From Clostridiaceae bacterium (lineage in GTDB: Bacteria > Bacillota > Clostridia > Saccharofermentanales > DTU023), in the NCBI GenBank assembly GCA_012522435.1, contig JAAYKK010000006.1:31413-95412 (forward strand): a DNA stretch of 64,000 nucleotides, read 5' to 3'. Below the pieces are notes generated by a model. The model saw nothing but the letters and a program-made list of their open reading frames with translations. It searched no databases and had not been told where the DNA came from. Below, piece after piece: positions 1-9,958 of the stretch. The first letter of the stretch is position 1. Each line of letters opens with the position of its first letter. Made by a program: the position numbers and the translations under genes.

Positions 1-1341
1 CCTGACCTGTTTAAGCTGCATCAGTTTTTTTCTGCACGAGAAATTAGTGAATTTATTGAAAGTAAGTTATTAGAAAAACAATTAGAATTATTAAATTTAA
101 TCAAAGACATTAAAATAATTGACAATGAAAAATTTGAGATTCTTTTGGTTGCGGATGACCAAACAGATCCAAAACAGAATCAGAGAGATGATGAACAAGA
201 AGTGATCGAAGATCCGAATATAGATCAAGAAACATTAGAAGCTGATCAGATTACTGAAACTGAAACTGAAGCTGAAACTCCGGAAAACCATTATGAATTT
301 GACCCGGGACTATTGTCCGGCTTAACAATGCCTATTATTCCTGCAGACCAAGTTAATTCAACCGGGATTATCAGCATAACCAGTGATAGGTATACTTATC
401 AGGAATTCGACTCAGGAAAATTAATTTTGCAGTCAGTTGATCCCGATAAACCATTGCAACAAATTGAATTAATAAGCTATGCTAGCACTGCTGATGCTAT
501 GTCAGCATTAGTAAATGATCAATTAGATTTGATTCTATTAACTGAAGAGAATTATAACTTATATAGTAAACACGGTAGCCAGAATATTATTTCATTTCCC
601 GGACAAAGATATTATTATTTTTCATTCGGTTCAGGAACAACGATCAATGATCCTGAAATACAAGAGCAAGTCCTTAATATTTGGCAAGTAAGAGATGATT
701 TAGCATCTGATTTCTCAGGTGATCAATCAAAAAATCAATTGCCATTACAATATACAGATCAAGCAATTTCAGCTTTTGGGCTTTTTGAATTTGAAACGAC
801 TTTATTTTCAGATAATAAAATTACTGATTTGAGCCATGATCAATTGGAGCTAAGAATGATAGTACCTGAAACTAATCTTGAAAGTGACTGGGCATTCAGA
901 CTTAGAGAAAAATTATTAAACCTTAATCTGGATTTAAAAATTACATATATACCATTAGAAAACTATCCCGCAGCTATAGCAGAAGGAGATTATGATTTGG
1001 CTCTAAATCGACTTGATTTAGCATATCCGATGTCAATCTTTGATTCTTATGAGCAAATTTCTTCCGGAATTACAGAAAGATTCACTGAAGAAGATAATGC
1101 TTTAGCACATGAAATAGATGTATATTTTAATTCTGTCGATCGTCATACCGATCCAAAAATATTTAGTGAAAAAAGCATTTCTTATAGAACACTTATTTTT
1201 GAAAATTTCAACGAATTGAATATATTAGGGATAGGTTTTGCTCCTACAGGGATTTTTCTTTCGAAAAATGTTGAAGGTACAACTGAATCCTATTTGGCAG
1301 AGCCGTATCTGGGTGTGGAGGAATTATGGGTTTGGCAATAA
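1..1341 (+). CDS. 5'-truncated ORF; extracellular solute-binding-protein (family 5)-like region with an acidic low-complexity insert
   Basis: Frame 1 is open from nt 1 (PDLFKLHQFFSAREISEF...), so the TTG at 145 in the ORF track is probably internal. The similarity to ABC substrate-binding proteins is only general. A D/E/T-rich tract (TETETEAETPE) is present. Confidence 0.35.
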   Translation, partial: PDLFKLHQFFSAREISEFIESKLLEKQLELLNLIKDIKIIDNEKFEILLVADDQTDPKQNQRDDEQEVIEDPNIDQETLEADQITETETEAETPENHYEFDPGLLSGLTMPIIPADQVNSTGIISITSDRYTYQEFDSGKLILQSVDPDKPLQQIELISYASTADAMSALVNDQLDLILLTEENYNLYSKHGSQNIISFPGQRYYYFSFGSGTTINDPEIQEQVLNIWQVRDDLASDFSGDQSKNQLPLQYTDQAISAFGLFEFETTLFSDNKITDLSHDQLELRMIVPETNLESDWAFRLREKLLNLNLDLKITYIPLENYPAAIAEGDYDLALNRLDLAYPMSIFDSYEQISSGITERFTEEDNALAHEIDVYFNSVDRHTDPKIFSEKSISYRTLIFENFNELNILGIGFAPTGIFLSKNVEGTTESYLAEPYLGVEELWVWQ

Positions 1342-1835
1342 TGATAACTTTGGTAATTGTTTTACTCGATCAGATTACTAAATATCTGATTGTGAATAAT
1401 TTGGCACTCGATGAGAGTATTATTGTAATTAAGGATTTCTTTTCTATTCACCACATCAGAAACAGTGGCGCTGCTTGGGGAATCTTTTCAGATAAAAGTT
1501 GGGGCATACATCTTTTAACTATCATATCATTAGTAGCTTCCTTGTTTATTTTATATCTGATTTTTATAAATAAAATAAGACCGGCACAAGTTCTTTTAGC
1601 TTTAATTTTGGGAGGAAGTTTAGGCAATTTAATTGATAGAGTCCGTTATAATAATGTAGTTGATTTTCTCAGTTTTAAATTTGGTACTTATTATTTTCCG
1701 AATTTTAATGTTGCAGATATGTCAATTGTAGTTGGGGCAATTTGTCTAGCAGTTTATTTCATGGTAAAACCTGACCAATTAGAACAAATACGAATCTCAC
1801 ATAAAGCAGATCAGATAACAAATGAGGAGAAATAA
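1326..1835 (+). CDS. lspA: Lipoprotein signal peptidase II
   Basis: 169 aa polytopic membrane protein with NSGAAWG and FNVADMSI motifs (the SPase II Asp pair). GGAGG lies upstream. It overlaps the preceding ORF by 16 nt. Confidence 0.9.
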   Translation: MGLAIMITLVIVLLDQITKYLIVNNLALDESIIVIKDFFSIHHIRNSGAAWGIFSDKSWGIHLLTIISLVASLFILYLIFINKIRPAQVLLALILGGSLGNLIDRVRYNNVVDFLSFKFGTYYFPNFNVADMSIVVGAICLAVYFMVKPDQLEQIRISHKADQITNEEK

Positions 1836-2777
1836 TTGCAAGAATCAAGAAGAATAATTATGGACGAAAAAGCTGTCCGGATTGACAAATGGTTAGCAAT
1901 GAAATTTCCGGAATTCTCCCGTTCTCAAATTACAACAGCGATTCGTGAAGGCAATATTACAGCAGGAAATACGATTAATCTAAAACCGAAGGATATTCTT
2001 CCGCCGGGTACTGAAATTATAGTAAGACTAATAAATAATGATAGCTTTGAATTTGAACCTCAACCTCAAACTATGCCACTAGATATTATATATGAAGATC
2101 AGGATCTGATTGTTCTTAATAAACCGATTAATTTGGTTGTGCACCCCGGAGCAGCTAATTCTGATCGAACCTTAGTTAATGGATTGCTTGAATACACTAA
2201 GGGTAATTTATCTGATATAAACGGCAAACAAAGGCGGGGTATTATTCATCGCTTGGACAAAGATACATCCGGTTTGATTTTAATTGCTAAAAACAATAAA
2301 TTTCATCAAGCGATGCAGGACTTGTTCAAAAAAAGAAAAATTCAAAGAATTTATCGAGCACTTGTTTGGAATGTACCGAAAAGTCCAAAAGGAACAATAG
2401 ATGCACCAATTGGTCGTGATCCTTTAAACAGGACAAAAATGGCTGTGATTCCGGATGGAAAATCCGGATTGACTTATTTCAGTCTCTTGTCCGAGTTTAA
2501 TTATGGTATAAACCATACGCCAGCCAGTGAATTAGAAGTTGAGTTATATACCGGAAGAACTCATCAGATACGAGTGCATTTAGCTTACATCAACTTGCCT
2601 ATTATAGGTGATCCTCTTTATAATTTGGGCAGAGATAAATTTGATTTGCCGGCCCAAGCTTTGTTTGCTGCAAAACTAAAGTTTGAACATCCATTTAGTT
2701 TTGAAAAGCTGGAATTTGAGATTGAAGCTCCGGCTTATTATAAACAAGCTGTTATGCGTTTAAGTAACCAACTATAA
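1836..2777 (+). CDS. rluD: 23S rRNA pseudouridine synthase, RluA/RluD family
   Basis: S4-like N-terminus (RIDKWL), catalytic motif HRLDKDTSGL, and GRTHQIRVH. GAGGAG sits 6 nt before the TTG start. Confidence 0.9.
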   Translation: MQESRRIIMDEKAVRIDKWLAMKFPEFSRSQITTAIREGNITAGNTINLKPKDILPPGTEIIVRLINNDSFEFEPQPQTMPLDIIYEDQDLIVLNKPINLVVHPGAANSDRTLVNGLLEYTKGNLSDINGKQRRGIIHRLDKDTSGLILIAKNNKFHQAMQDLFKKRKIQRIYRALVWNVPKSPKGTIDAPIGRDPLNRTKMAVIPDGKSGLTYFSLLSEFNYGINHTPASELEVELYTGRTHQIRVHLAYINLPIIGDPLYNLGRDKFDLPAQALFAAKLKFEHPFSFEKLEFEIEAPAYYKQAVMRLSNQL

Positions 2778-2800
2778 AAGGATGATTATTTTGAGGAGAA

Positions 2801-3550
2801 ATGACACACAAGTATAGATTACTACAGATTTCAATATCATTGATCTTAATTATTTCCGGTTTTATTTTGGCCAGACATTTTATATTGGTTCGAGCAGAAT
2901 TGGATAATACTGTCAATATTGCTGAAATACAAAAAGCACAGCAAGAGTTGACGGAACTAGAAAATGAGCGTGACAAAATAGAGTTGGAATATCAAATTAT
3001 GCGTAAAGAGTTATCGGATTTGTGGCATGAAGTAATTGCTGATGATGAAACTCAAGAAGTTGATATCCTGAATTCATTAGAAGATACTCGAAAAAAAGCC
3101 GGATTAACAGATGTTAAAGGTCACGGTTTAGTCCTGACGATCAATGATAAGGAAGGCTATGATCCATATGAAGATCCGATTGAATCTCTGATTCATGATC
3201 AAAATATCATTTATCTAATTGATCTATTAGCAGACAATGGAGCTCAGGCAATTTCAGTTAACGATCTACGTGTAGTTAATTCCAGTAAGATTTTTTGTAT
3301 AGGTACAACCATTCTTTGTAATAAACAAAGAATGTCGCCTCCTTATATAATTAAGGTTATTGGACCTCAGGAACAAATGAAAATAGCTTTAGATGCAGAT
3401 CCTGTCTATTCCAAATTGCAAGAAGCCCCTTATCTGGTCAGATTCTCGTATCAAATGATTCCTGATCTGATCATTAAAGCTTATGAAACGCCGGGTACAA
3501 TAGAAAAAGATATAGAGTTTTTGAATCCGGTGACTGAGTCAATAAATTAG
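2801..3550 (+). CDS. DUF881 family membrane protein (YlxW/YlxX-like)
   Basis: N-terminal TM helix and coiled coil, then GHGLVLTIND ... LIDLLADNGAQAISVNDLRV, which is typical of DUF881. Confidence 0.75.
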   Translation: MTHKYRLLQISISLILIISGFILARHFILVRAELDNTVNIAEIQKAQQELTELENERDKIELEYQIMRKELSDLWHEVIADDETQEVDILNSLEDTRKKAGLTDVKGHGLVLTINDKEGYDPYEDPIESLIHDQNIIYLIDLLADNGAQAISVNDLRVVNSSKIFCIGTTILCNKQRMSPPYIIKVIGPQEQMKIALDADPVYSKLQEAPYLVRFSYQMIPDLIIKAYETPGTIEKDIEFLNPVTESIN

Positions 3551-3581
3551 ATCTCAATTATGTTCGAGATTTTAGGAGAAA

Positions 3582-4307
3582 ATGATGAGAATTAAAAATC
3601 TGATCGGAAAATATGGTGTAGTTACAATAATTGCAATAATATTGGGTATTGCTCTAGCATTGCAAATCAAAACCACTAATGTTTCTGCTTATGAAAGCAG
3701 AGATATTATAGAGCTACAGAACAATGTTCGAAGCTATGCTGAAAAAAATGCAGAATTAAACGAACGTAATGCATCATTATACGAAGAGATTGAAAAATTG
3801 CGCGAAGATCAAGCTAAAGGTGATATCTATTACGAAGATATTTTGCAAGAAAAAGAAAAGATGGCAATTTTTGCGGGATTAACTGCCGTACAAAACTCCG
3901 GGATTGTAATAAATATGGGAATGACCGGACAGTCAATGATTTCTGATTCTTATCTCAGATTGATAGTAAATGAACTCAATACCTTAGGTGCTCAAGCAAT
4001 TTCTATTAATGATCAGAGAAAAGTTGCAACAACTGAAATAAGAGCAACCAGTGAGAATATTATTATCAATGGAGTGGGATACCCGAGGAATGAAGACTTT
4101 GTAATTAAAGCTATCATTAATCCTGATCAGCAAGCTTCGGCAATTATTACCTTAGAAACATTAAAAAAATCAATCCAGGATCGAGAAGATGCCGACCACC
4201 AACTAGATATGAGTATAGCGGCGGAAGATAAAGTGATCATTCCTGCTTTGAGTGAAGATAGTATTGTCTACAAAACAGATTTGTTAAGGCCTGTAGACGA
4301 TGATTAA
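3582..4307 (+). CDS. DUF881 family membrane protein (second paralog)
   Basis: Same architecture as the upstream gene: TM helix, coiled coil, NSGIVINM ... LNTLGAQAISINDQRK. Confidence 0.75.
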   Translation: MMRIKNLIGKYGVVTIIAIILGIALALQIKTTNVSAYESRDIIELQNNVRSYAEKNAELNERNASLYEEIEKLREDQAKGDIYYEDILQEKEKMAIFAGLTAVQNSGIVINMGMTGQSMISDSYLRLIVNELNTLGAQAISINDQRKVATTEIRATSENIIINGVGYPRNEDFVIKAIINPDQQASAIITLETLKKSIQDREDADHQLDMSIAAEDKVIIPALSEDSIVYKTDLLRPVDDD

Positions 4308-4331
4308 GAGAAAGGATTTGCAATAAAAGAT

Positions 4332-5297
4332 ATGGCAATAGAGACATTTACAGTTTCCCCTTCCGAAGGTATTAAACTATTAGGTCAGTTAAACTCCAAT
4401 GCGAGACAAATTGATAGTGCATTCGGTGTAAAAACTGAATTGGTTGCAAACGGTTTATGTGTGAGTGGTGAACCTGGGCAGATAGCAAAAGCAATTCAGG
4501 TTTATGAGAGATTACTGGAAGGCATTAGGAGAGGTGCTGAAGTTGATTCGCAATTGGTAAATTACTTAACTAATTCAGTTTTAGCCGGGGACGATGAAGA
4601 AGTAGATTTCAGTCCTGATCTAATTTGTGTTACTGCTAAAGGAAGACCTGTTCACAGCAAAACATCCGGACAGAAAAAATATGTTACGGCAATTCAGAAA
4701 AATGAATTAACATTTGCAATAGGTCCTGCAGGGACAGGAAAGACTTATCTGGCAGTTGCTATGGCAGTTAAAGCTTTTCGTGCCCAAGAGGTATCCCGGA
4801 TTATTCTTACACGACCGGCTGTTGAAGCAGGCGAGAAGCTCGGCTATCTTCCGGGTGATCTGCAAATGAAAGTTGATCCTTATATGAGACCTCTATATGA
4901 TGCTCTATATGATTTGATGGGTTATGAAGCGTATCAAAAGAATTTAGAAAGAGGTATAATTGAGGTATCGCCTTTAGCTTATATGCGTGGCCGCACATTG
5001 GATGATTCATTTATTATTCTGGATGAAGCGCAGAATACAACCCCTGAACAGATGAAAATGTTTTTAACCAGAATAGGTTTTCATTCCAAAGCTATTGTTA
5101 CAGGTGATATTACACAAATAGATTTACCTGCGAGCACCAGTAGTGGATTGGTCGGTGTGCAGAAAATCCTAAACACTGTTGAAGGAATCGAATTTGTACA
5201 TCTAACTGCGAAAGATGTAGTTAGAAATGATTTAGTGCAACGCATTATAGTAGCTTATGAAAAGGCAGATACAGCAAAAAGCAAACGCAGAAAGTAG
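4332..5297 (+). CDS. phoH: PhoH-like ATPase (YbeZ/PhoH family)
   Basis: Walker A GPAGTGKTYLAVA and Walker B FIILDEAQN. Conserved position upstream of pgpH-ybeY. Confidence 0.9.
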   Translation: MAIETFTVSPSEGIKLLGQLNSNARQIDSAFGVKTELVANGLCVSGEPGQIAKAIQVYERLLEGIRRGAEVDSQLVNYLTNSVLAGDDEEVDFSPDLICVTAKGRPVHSKTSGQKKYVTAIQKNELTFAIGPAGTGKTYLAVAMAVKAFRAQEVSRIILTRPAVEAGEKLGYLPGDLQMKVDPYMRPLYDALYDLMGYEAYQKNLERGIIEVSPLAYMRGRTLDDSFIILDEAQNTTPEQMKMFLTRIGFHSKAIVTGDITQIDLPASTSSGLVGVQKILNTVEGIEFVHLTAKDVVRNDLVQRIIVAYEKADTAKSKRRK

Positions 5298-5304
5298 GTT
5301 TTTA

Positions 5305-7581
5305 ATGAGCAAACAGGTTAAACAAAAAATTCGTGAAGTGAAGATACCTAATTCAACTTCACGGAAAAAACCTTTGCAAGATAAAAGCAAGAGAATTTTT
5401 TTAGGGATCCTGACAGGAGTAATTGTTTACATCGCAATTTCGATGATCGTTTATGCCGGATCCTTACCTACGACATATCAGCTGAGTGTGAATGATATTA
5501 GTGATTATGATATTAATGCTCCAAGGACTATTATTGATAAAAGTGCTACTAGAGACAGGGCTGAGGAAGCAAAAGCTGCTGTGTCTTCCATAATGGTCAA
5601 AAATGAGAAAACTACCGCTGTTTCTTTAGCAAACATCGAAGTTTTTTTGGATATTGTTAGTTCTAGAAGAGAACGTCTGTATTTTGGTGACGGAACAACT
5701 AAAACAACTCCTGCGGAAAAAAATGAGAGCCAGACAACACCAGAAGACAATGAGGAGAATGATCAGAAAACGACAGAAAAAACCCAGAACAATATCCTAA
5801 CACCATCGGAAGATGAAATAGTAACTGCTGCTACTTCAATGGTTTCACAAATTAATCAAAGTTTTGATATCAACTTTGATATTAATGATGCACGACAATT
5901 GCTCAGTATGGAAAACACAAGATTTGATCATTTTTCAAGCAAGTTACGTGATATGTCCAACATTATCATGCAGCAAGCTTTAGAAGAGGAACAGCTGACA
6001 AAAACTATCGAGGATACAATCAACAAGAATTCCGAAGAACAAGTTTACTTTACTGCTGATAATGAAATTATTGAATTTGTCTTAAATAAATTGCTAAAAC
6101 CTAATGTAGAGTATGATGCAGAGGCAACCAATAAAGCAAAAGAAGATGCTGCTAAACAGATTGAAAATAATCCGATCATGATAAATCAAGGAGTACGAAT
6201 TGTATCCCAAGGAGATCTGATTACGGAAGATATTTACAATATTTTGGAAGAGCTTAATTTAACTGACAGCGGACAATTTGATTGGTATAAATTTGCCGGG
6301 ATAGCATTAATGAATGTTATCCTTTTATTGATATTAGTTATTTTCTTTAGATTTTTTAAACTGGATGTTCTATTTACCAGTCAGACTATTTGGTCTTTAA
6401 TAATGGCCTTGTTGATTCCTTTAATTATCTCTTTTTATTTGTCTGATACCTATCCTTTATCAGCTACGATTTATTTTTCAACGGTTATTATTTGTGCTTA
6501 TTTTGACTTGAAAACTTCAATGGTTGTGTCAGCGGTATTAGTTTTGGCGAGCTATCCGATGACTTCATTTCATCCATATTATTTACCGGTTACAATGACC
6601 GGTTGCTTAGTTGCTGCTTTCTTTGCCCGCAAAATCAGTAGAGAAGATAATTATGTAAAATTAATTATTGCAACAACTCTGGCCAGCTTATCTATGGTCT
6701 TGGCTCTGGGAATTGTTCAAAAGGATACGATGTCAATCTTAACCACTAATGTCATTTCGACAGCTATCTCAGCTATGATCTCGGTTATTGCAGCTATCGG
6801 AGTTATGCCTATTTTTGAAATGCTGTTTAATACGGTTTCACCAATCAAAATCATCGAATTGTCACAGCCGGGTCATCCTTTGTTGAAACGCTTGTTTACC
6901 GAAGCTCCCGGTACATCACAACATTCAATGATGGTTGCAAACTTAGCGGATTCGGGCGCTGAAGCTATTGGAGCAGATGCAACTTTAGCACGAGTAGGTG
7001 CTTACTACCATGATATCGGAAAACTGGAAAATCCTTTGATGTTTACAGAAAATCAAGTTGGTGAAAATCCTCATGATCGCTTAACTCCTGAAGAAAGCTG
7101 TCGTATTATTACAGCTCACACGGAGGATGGTTTGAAGTTGGGACGTAAATATCGTTTACCTGAACCTGTCTTAAAAATGATCCATGAACATCACGGAACG
7201 ACAGTTTTACAATATTTTTATCATAAAGCTAGTCAAATAGCTGAAAAGGAGGGTAAAGAAGCACCAAATAAGGATGCCTATCGTTACCACAATCCATTAC
7301 CCAGTTTCCGTGAATCCGCTGTTTTGATGCTAGCTGATTCAGTTGAAGCTGCTATGAAATCATCTGATATTGATAATTTACCGGAAGCTGAAAAGTTTAT
7401 GCGTAATATATTCAAAATAAAGATCGATCAGGATCAATTGTTTAATTCAGGTTTATCTTTTCATGATATTGAATTAATTCTGCAAGCGTTCCTGCAAGTT
7501 TATGCCGGACAATTCCATAGTAGAATTAAATATCCTGACACCGATGAAGATAATTTGGAAGTTGCTGTTGCTAATGAATAA
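5305..7581 (+). CDS. pgpH: 7TM-receptor HD-domain phosphohydrolase (PgpH/YqfF type, c-di-AMP phosphodiesterase family)
   Basis: Extracellular N-terminal domain, a 7-TM block, and a C-terminal HD domain (GAYYHDIGK, HEHHGT). The ATG at 5305 is preferred over 5257, which lies inside phoH. Confidence 0.85.
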   Translation: MSKQVKQKIREVKIPNSTSRKKPLQDKSKRIFLGILTGVIVYIAISMIVYAGSLPTTYQLSVNDISDYDINAPRTIIDKSATRDRAEEAKAAVSSIMVKNEKTTAVSLANIEVFLDIVSSRRERLYFGDGTTKTTPAEKNESQTTPEDNEENDQKTTEKTQNNILTPSEDEIVTAATSMVSQINQSFDINFDINDARQLLSMENTRFDHFSSKLRDMSNIIMQQALEEEQLTKTIEDTINKNSEEQVYFTADNEIIEFVLNKLLKPNVEYDAEATNKAKEDAAKQIENNPIMINQGVRIVSQGDLITEDIYNILEELNLTDSGQFDWYKFAGIALMNVILLLILVIFFRFFKLDVLFTSQTIWSLIMALLIPLIISFYLSDTYPLSATIYFSTVIICAYFDLKTSMVVSAVLVLASYPMTSFHPYYLPVTMTGCLVAAFFARKISREDNYVKLIIATTLASLSMVLALGIVQKDTMSILTTNVISTAISAMISVIAAIGVMPIFEMLFNTVSPIKIIELSQPGHPLLKRLFTEAPGTSQHSMMVANLADSGAEAIGADATLARVGAYYHDIGKLENPLMFTENQVGENPHDRLTPEESCRIITAHTEDGLKLGRKYRLPEPVLKMIHEHHGTTVLQYFYHKASQIAEKEGKEAPNKDAYRYHNPLPSFRESAVLMLADSVEAAMKSSDIDNLPEAEKFMRNIFKIKIDQDQLFNSGLSFHDIELILQAFLQVYAGQFHSRIKYPDTDEDNLEVAVANE

Positions 7582-8236
7582 TCCTAAGTTAAATATAGAA
7601 TTATATTTTTCTGATTTAACATCTGACTCAGAATCAGAGGAACGTGAATCAAACTTTAGCTACGAATTAAAGTTGCAAACACCTGAGCTGTTAAGAAGCT
7701 TGCTGGTTGACTTGAGCTATCTGATCTTGACTAAAGAGCAAGCGATCAATGCATTATTAGCAGCTCAACAGCTTAATCTACAAGTAGAGGTGTCCTTAGT
7801 CTCAGCGCAAACAATGAAAAAGATCAATCAACAATCAAGAGATATCAATCAAATAACAGATGTACTATCGTTTCCTAATTTTTCTTTTGATTTATTACAA
7901 AAAAATAGATTTGCCTCAAAATGTGAAACTGGGCAATTTGATTTTAAGATTGAAAGATATTATTGGCTTGACCCGGATGCCGAGCAGGGAAAGATCAGTT
8001 TAGGAGAAATATTAATTTGTCCCTTACGGGCAGCTGAACAGGCCGCTGATTTGCAACATACCTTACTGAGAGAGATTTGCTTTTTATATATGCATGGCTT
8101 ATTGCATTTATGTGGTTACGATCATCAAACAGAAGAAGATTCCAAGCTGATGTTTTCTTTACAGAGAATAATTCTACCTGAATTGGAAAAAATCATTACT
8201 AAATATAATAGTGAGGCTAACCATGCTGAAAAATAG
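7574..8236 (+). CDS. ybeY: Endoribonuclease YbeY (rRNA maturation factor), unusually long
   Basis: TDVLSFP and zinc motif HGLLHLCGYDH. The ATG at 7574 overlaps the pgpH stop (ATGAATAA). Confidence 0.85.
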   Translation: MNNPKLNIELYFSDLTSDSESEERESNFSYELKLQTPELLRSLLVDLSYLILTKEQAINALLAAQQLNLQVEVSLVSAQTMKKINQQSRDINQITDVLSFPNFSFDLLQKNRFASKCETGQFDFKIERYYWLDPDAEQGKISLGEILICPLRAAEQAADLQHTLLREICFLYMHGLLHLCGYDHQTEEDSKLMFSLQRIILPELEKIITKYNSEANHAEK

Positions 8237-9155
8237 CTATAAATCAGGGATTGTGACTCTTGCCGGAAGAACTAATGTAGGAAAATCTACCTTGATCAAT
8301 CAAATAATGCAAACTGAAATAGCAATTGCTACTCATAAACCGCAAACAACAAGACATTTGATCAAAGGTGTTTATCAAGATGACGAGGGTCAGATAATCT
8401 TTGTTGATTCACCAGGTATGCATCAACCAGCCGATCGATTAGGGCACAGTATGCGAAAAGCAGCCTCGGTTGCAATTCAAGAAACAGATTTGGTAGTTTT
8501 ATTAGTTGATGCCAGATCAGAAAATAAAATCGATGAGGTTGAAAAGCAAATCATAAAGCTTGCCGTCTCAAATGATATTCCGTTAATTTTGGCTATTAAC
8601 AAAATAGATTTAGTAGCTAAAGAAAAGCTCTTACCCTTGATCCAAATCTATATAGATTATGCAGATTTTAGATCAGTGGTGCCTATTTCTGCCAAATTAA
8701 AGGATGGTCTTGACCTTTTATTAACAGAAATAAAAAATAATTTACCTGAAGCGCCGGCTCTAATTGTAGATGATACTTATACTGATCAGACGGAAAAAAT
8801 CTTAGCAGCAGAATATATTAGAGCAGAAATTATTGAACAAATCTCGGATGAAATCCCTTATAGCGTTGCTATAAGAATTGATCAATTTAAGGAGTTTTTC
8901 AACGAACAGAATATTCGGCGCAGAGTTCAAATTCATGCAACAATTTTTGTTGATCGTGATAATCATAAAATGATCTTATTAGGCAAAAAGGGACAACAAA
9001 TTGCAGCAATAGGGAAGGCCAGTCGGATTAGAATTAGTGAAATGCTTGATTGCCCTTGTGATCTGATGCTATTTATCAAAGTATCTCCTGATTGGCGCAA
9101 CAAATATTCAAAATTAAAAGAACTTGGTTATCAGAGTCAAGATATAGATTTATGA
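8223..9155 (+). CDS. era: GTPase Era
   Basis: G1 GRTNVGKST, G3 DSPG, G4 NKID, and a C-terminal KH region. GAGG lies 6 nt before the ATG at 8223. Confidence 0.92.
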   Translation: MLKNSYKSGIVTLAGRTNVGKSTLINQIMQTEIAIATHKPQTTRHLIKGVYQDDEGQIIFVDSPGMHQPADRLGHSMRKAASVAIQETDLVVLLVDARSENKIDEVEKQIIKLAVSNDIPLILAINKIDLVAKEKLLPLIQIYIDYADFRSVVPISAKLKDGLDLLLTEIKNNLPEAPALIVDDTYTDQTEKILAAEYIRAEIIEQISDEIPYSVAIRIDQFKEFFNEQNIRRRVQIHATIFVDRDNHKMILLGKKGQQIAAIGKASRIRISEMLDCPCDLMLFIKVSPDWRNKYSKLKELGYQSQDIDL

Positions 9156-9958
9156 GTTTTTTAAAAACTAAAGGTTTCGTCTTGCAAAGTATTGCTTATC
9201 GCGATTCAAATATACTATTAAAGATCCTTACCCCGGAGCACGGCTTATTGACTTGTTCCGCTCAAGGTGCTAGAAGCAAAAGAAGTAACTTAAAAATAGC
9301 CACAAATCCATTCGTCTTTGCTGAGTATGAATTATTCCATTATCGGGAACGTTATCGTATTCAATCAGCCAATGTAATTGACGCCTATTTGCCTTTGATG
9401 GAAGACATTAAGCGTTTAACATGTGTGTCTCATTTGGCGGAATTGGTCTTGGATGTTTTGAGGCACAATCCGCAAGGACAGACTTCTTATCCTTTTTGGG
9501 CATTTGCATCATATAAAATTTCAACTGATCCGGATCCGGTATTAATAACCGGTTTAGCTCAAATAAAATATTTGTCTGAACAGGGTTTTGCTCCCTGGGT
9601 TGATAATTGTTTAATTTGCGGAAAGAGTTTTTCGGATTTAGGCGCAAGGTTTTATTTTGCAGAAGGTGGGTTTATTTGTGAAGAGAGAGCTTGTCGTAAG
9701 AGTGTTGGTTCATCTTCAATTATGGACTTATCCATTGGTGCACTTGCAGCTTTAAGTTTTTTAATCCGTAATCCTTATGAAAAATGTTATAACTTTAAAT
9801 TATCAAAAGAAGTGAGAATAGAAATTATTAATTTTTCTGAACGTTACTTAACATATGTAATGGAAAAAGATTACCAAAAACTGGCAATACTCAGGTCACT
9901 TGAAAGTTTTGAAGTAAGCTACAATGATCAATCTAAAGGCAAACTCGACAAATCGTGA
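9152..9958 (+). CDS. recO: DNA repair protein RecO
   Basis: N-terminal OB fold (KTKGFVLQS..YRDSN), a Cys-rich zinc region (CLICGK ... CEERAC), and an ATGA overlap with the era stop. Confidence 0.85.
   Translation: MSFLKTKGFVLQSIAYRDSNILLKILTPEHGLLTCSAQGARSKRSNLKIATNPFVFAEYELFHYRERYRIQSANVIDAYLPLMEDIKRLTCVSHLAELVLDVLRHNPQGQTSYPFWAFASYKISTDPDPVLITGLAQIKYLSEQGFAPWVDNCLICGKSFSDLGARFYFAEGGFICEERACRKSVGSSSIMDLSIGALAALSFLIRNPYEKCYNFKLSKEVRIEIINFSERYLTYVMEKDYQKLAILRSLESFEVSYNDQSKGKLDKS

Noticed and set aside
253-279. Short periodic repeat ACTGAAACTGAAACTGAAGCTGAAACT
   Set aside because: It is coding low-complexity sequence (TETETEAET) inside an ORF, not a non-coding tandem repeat or CRISPR-like array.
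2752-2976. Remaining short minus- or plus-strand ORFs of 60-95 aa nested in annotated genes (for example 2752-2976, 4807-5010, 5505-5750, 9408-9647, 10990-11253, 13818-14009, 14708-14929, 16915-17136, 18531-18777, 42012-42224, 43082-43330, 49709-49996, 50895-51164, 60508-60751)
   Set aside because: All are antisense or out of frame to strongly supported genes. None has an SD or a recognisable motif. ORFs of this length are expected by chance in the opposite strand of coding DNA.
7502-7573. Upstream-extended starts offered by the ORF track (for example 7502, 8211, 9092, 17185, 24542, 26960, 30248, 30498, 44052, 49078, 5257)
   Set aside because: In each case the extension overlaps the preceding gene or a terminator and lacks an SD. 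A downstream ATG or TTG has a GGAGG-type site and gives the family-typical N-terminus.
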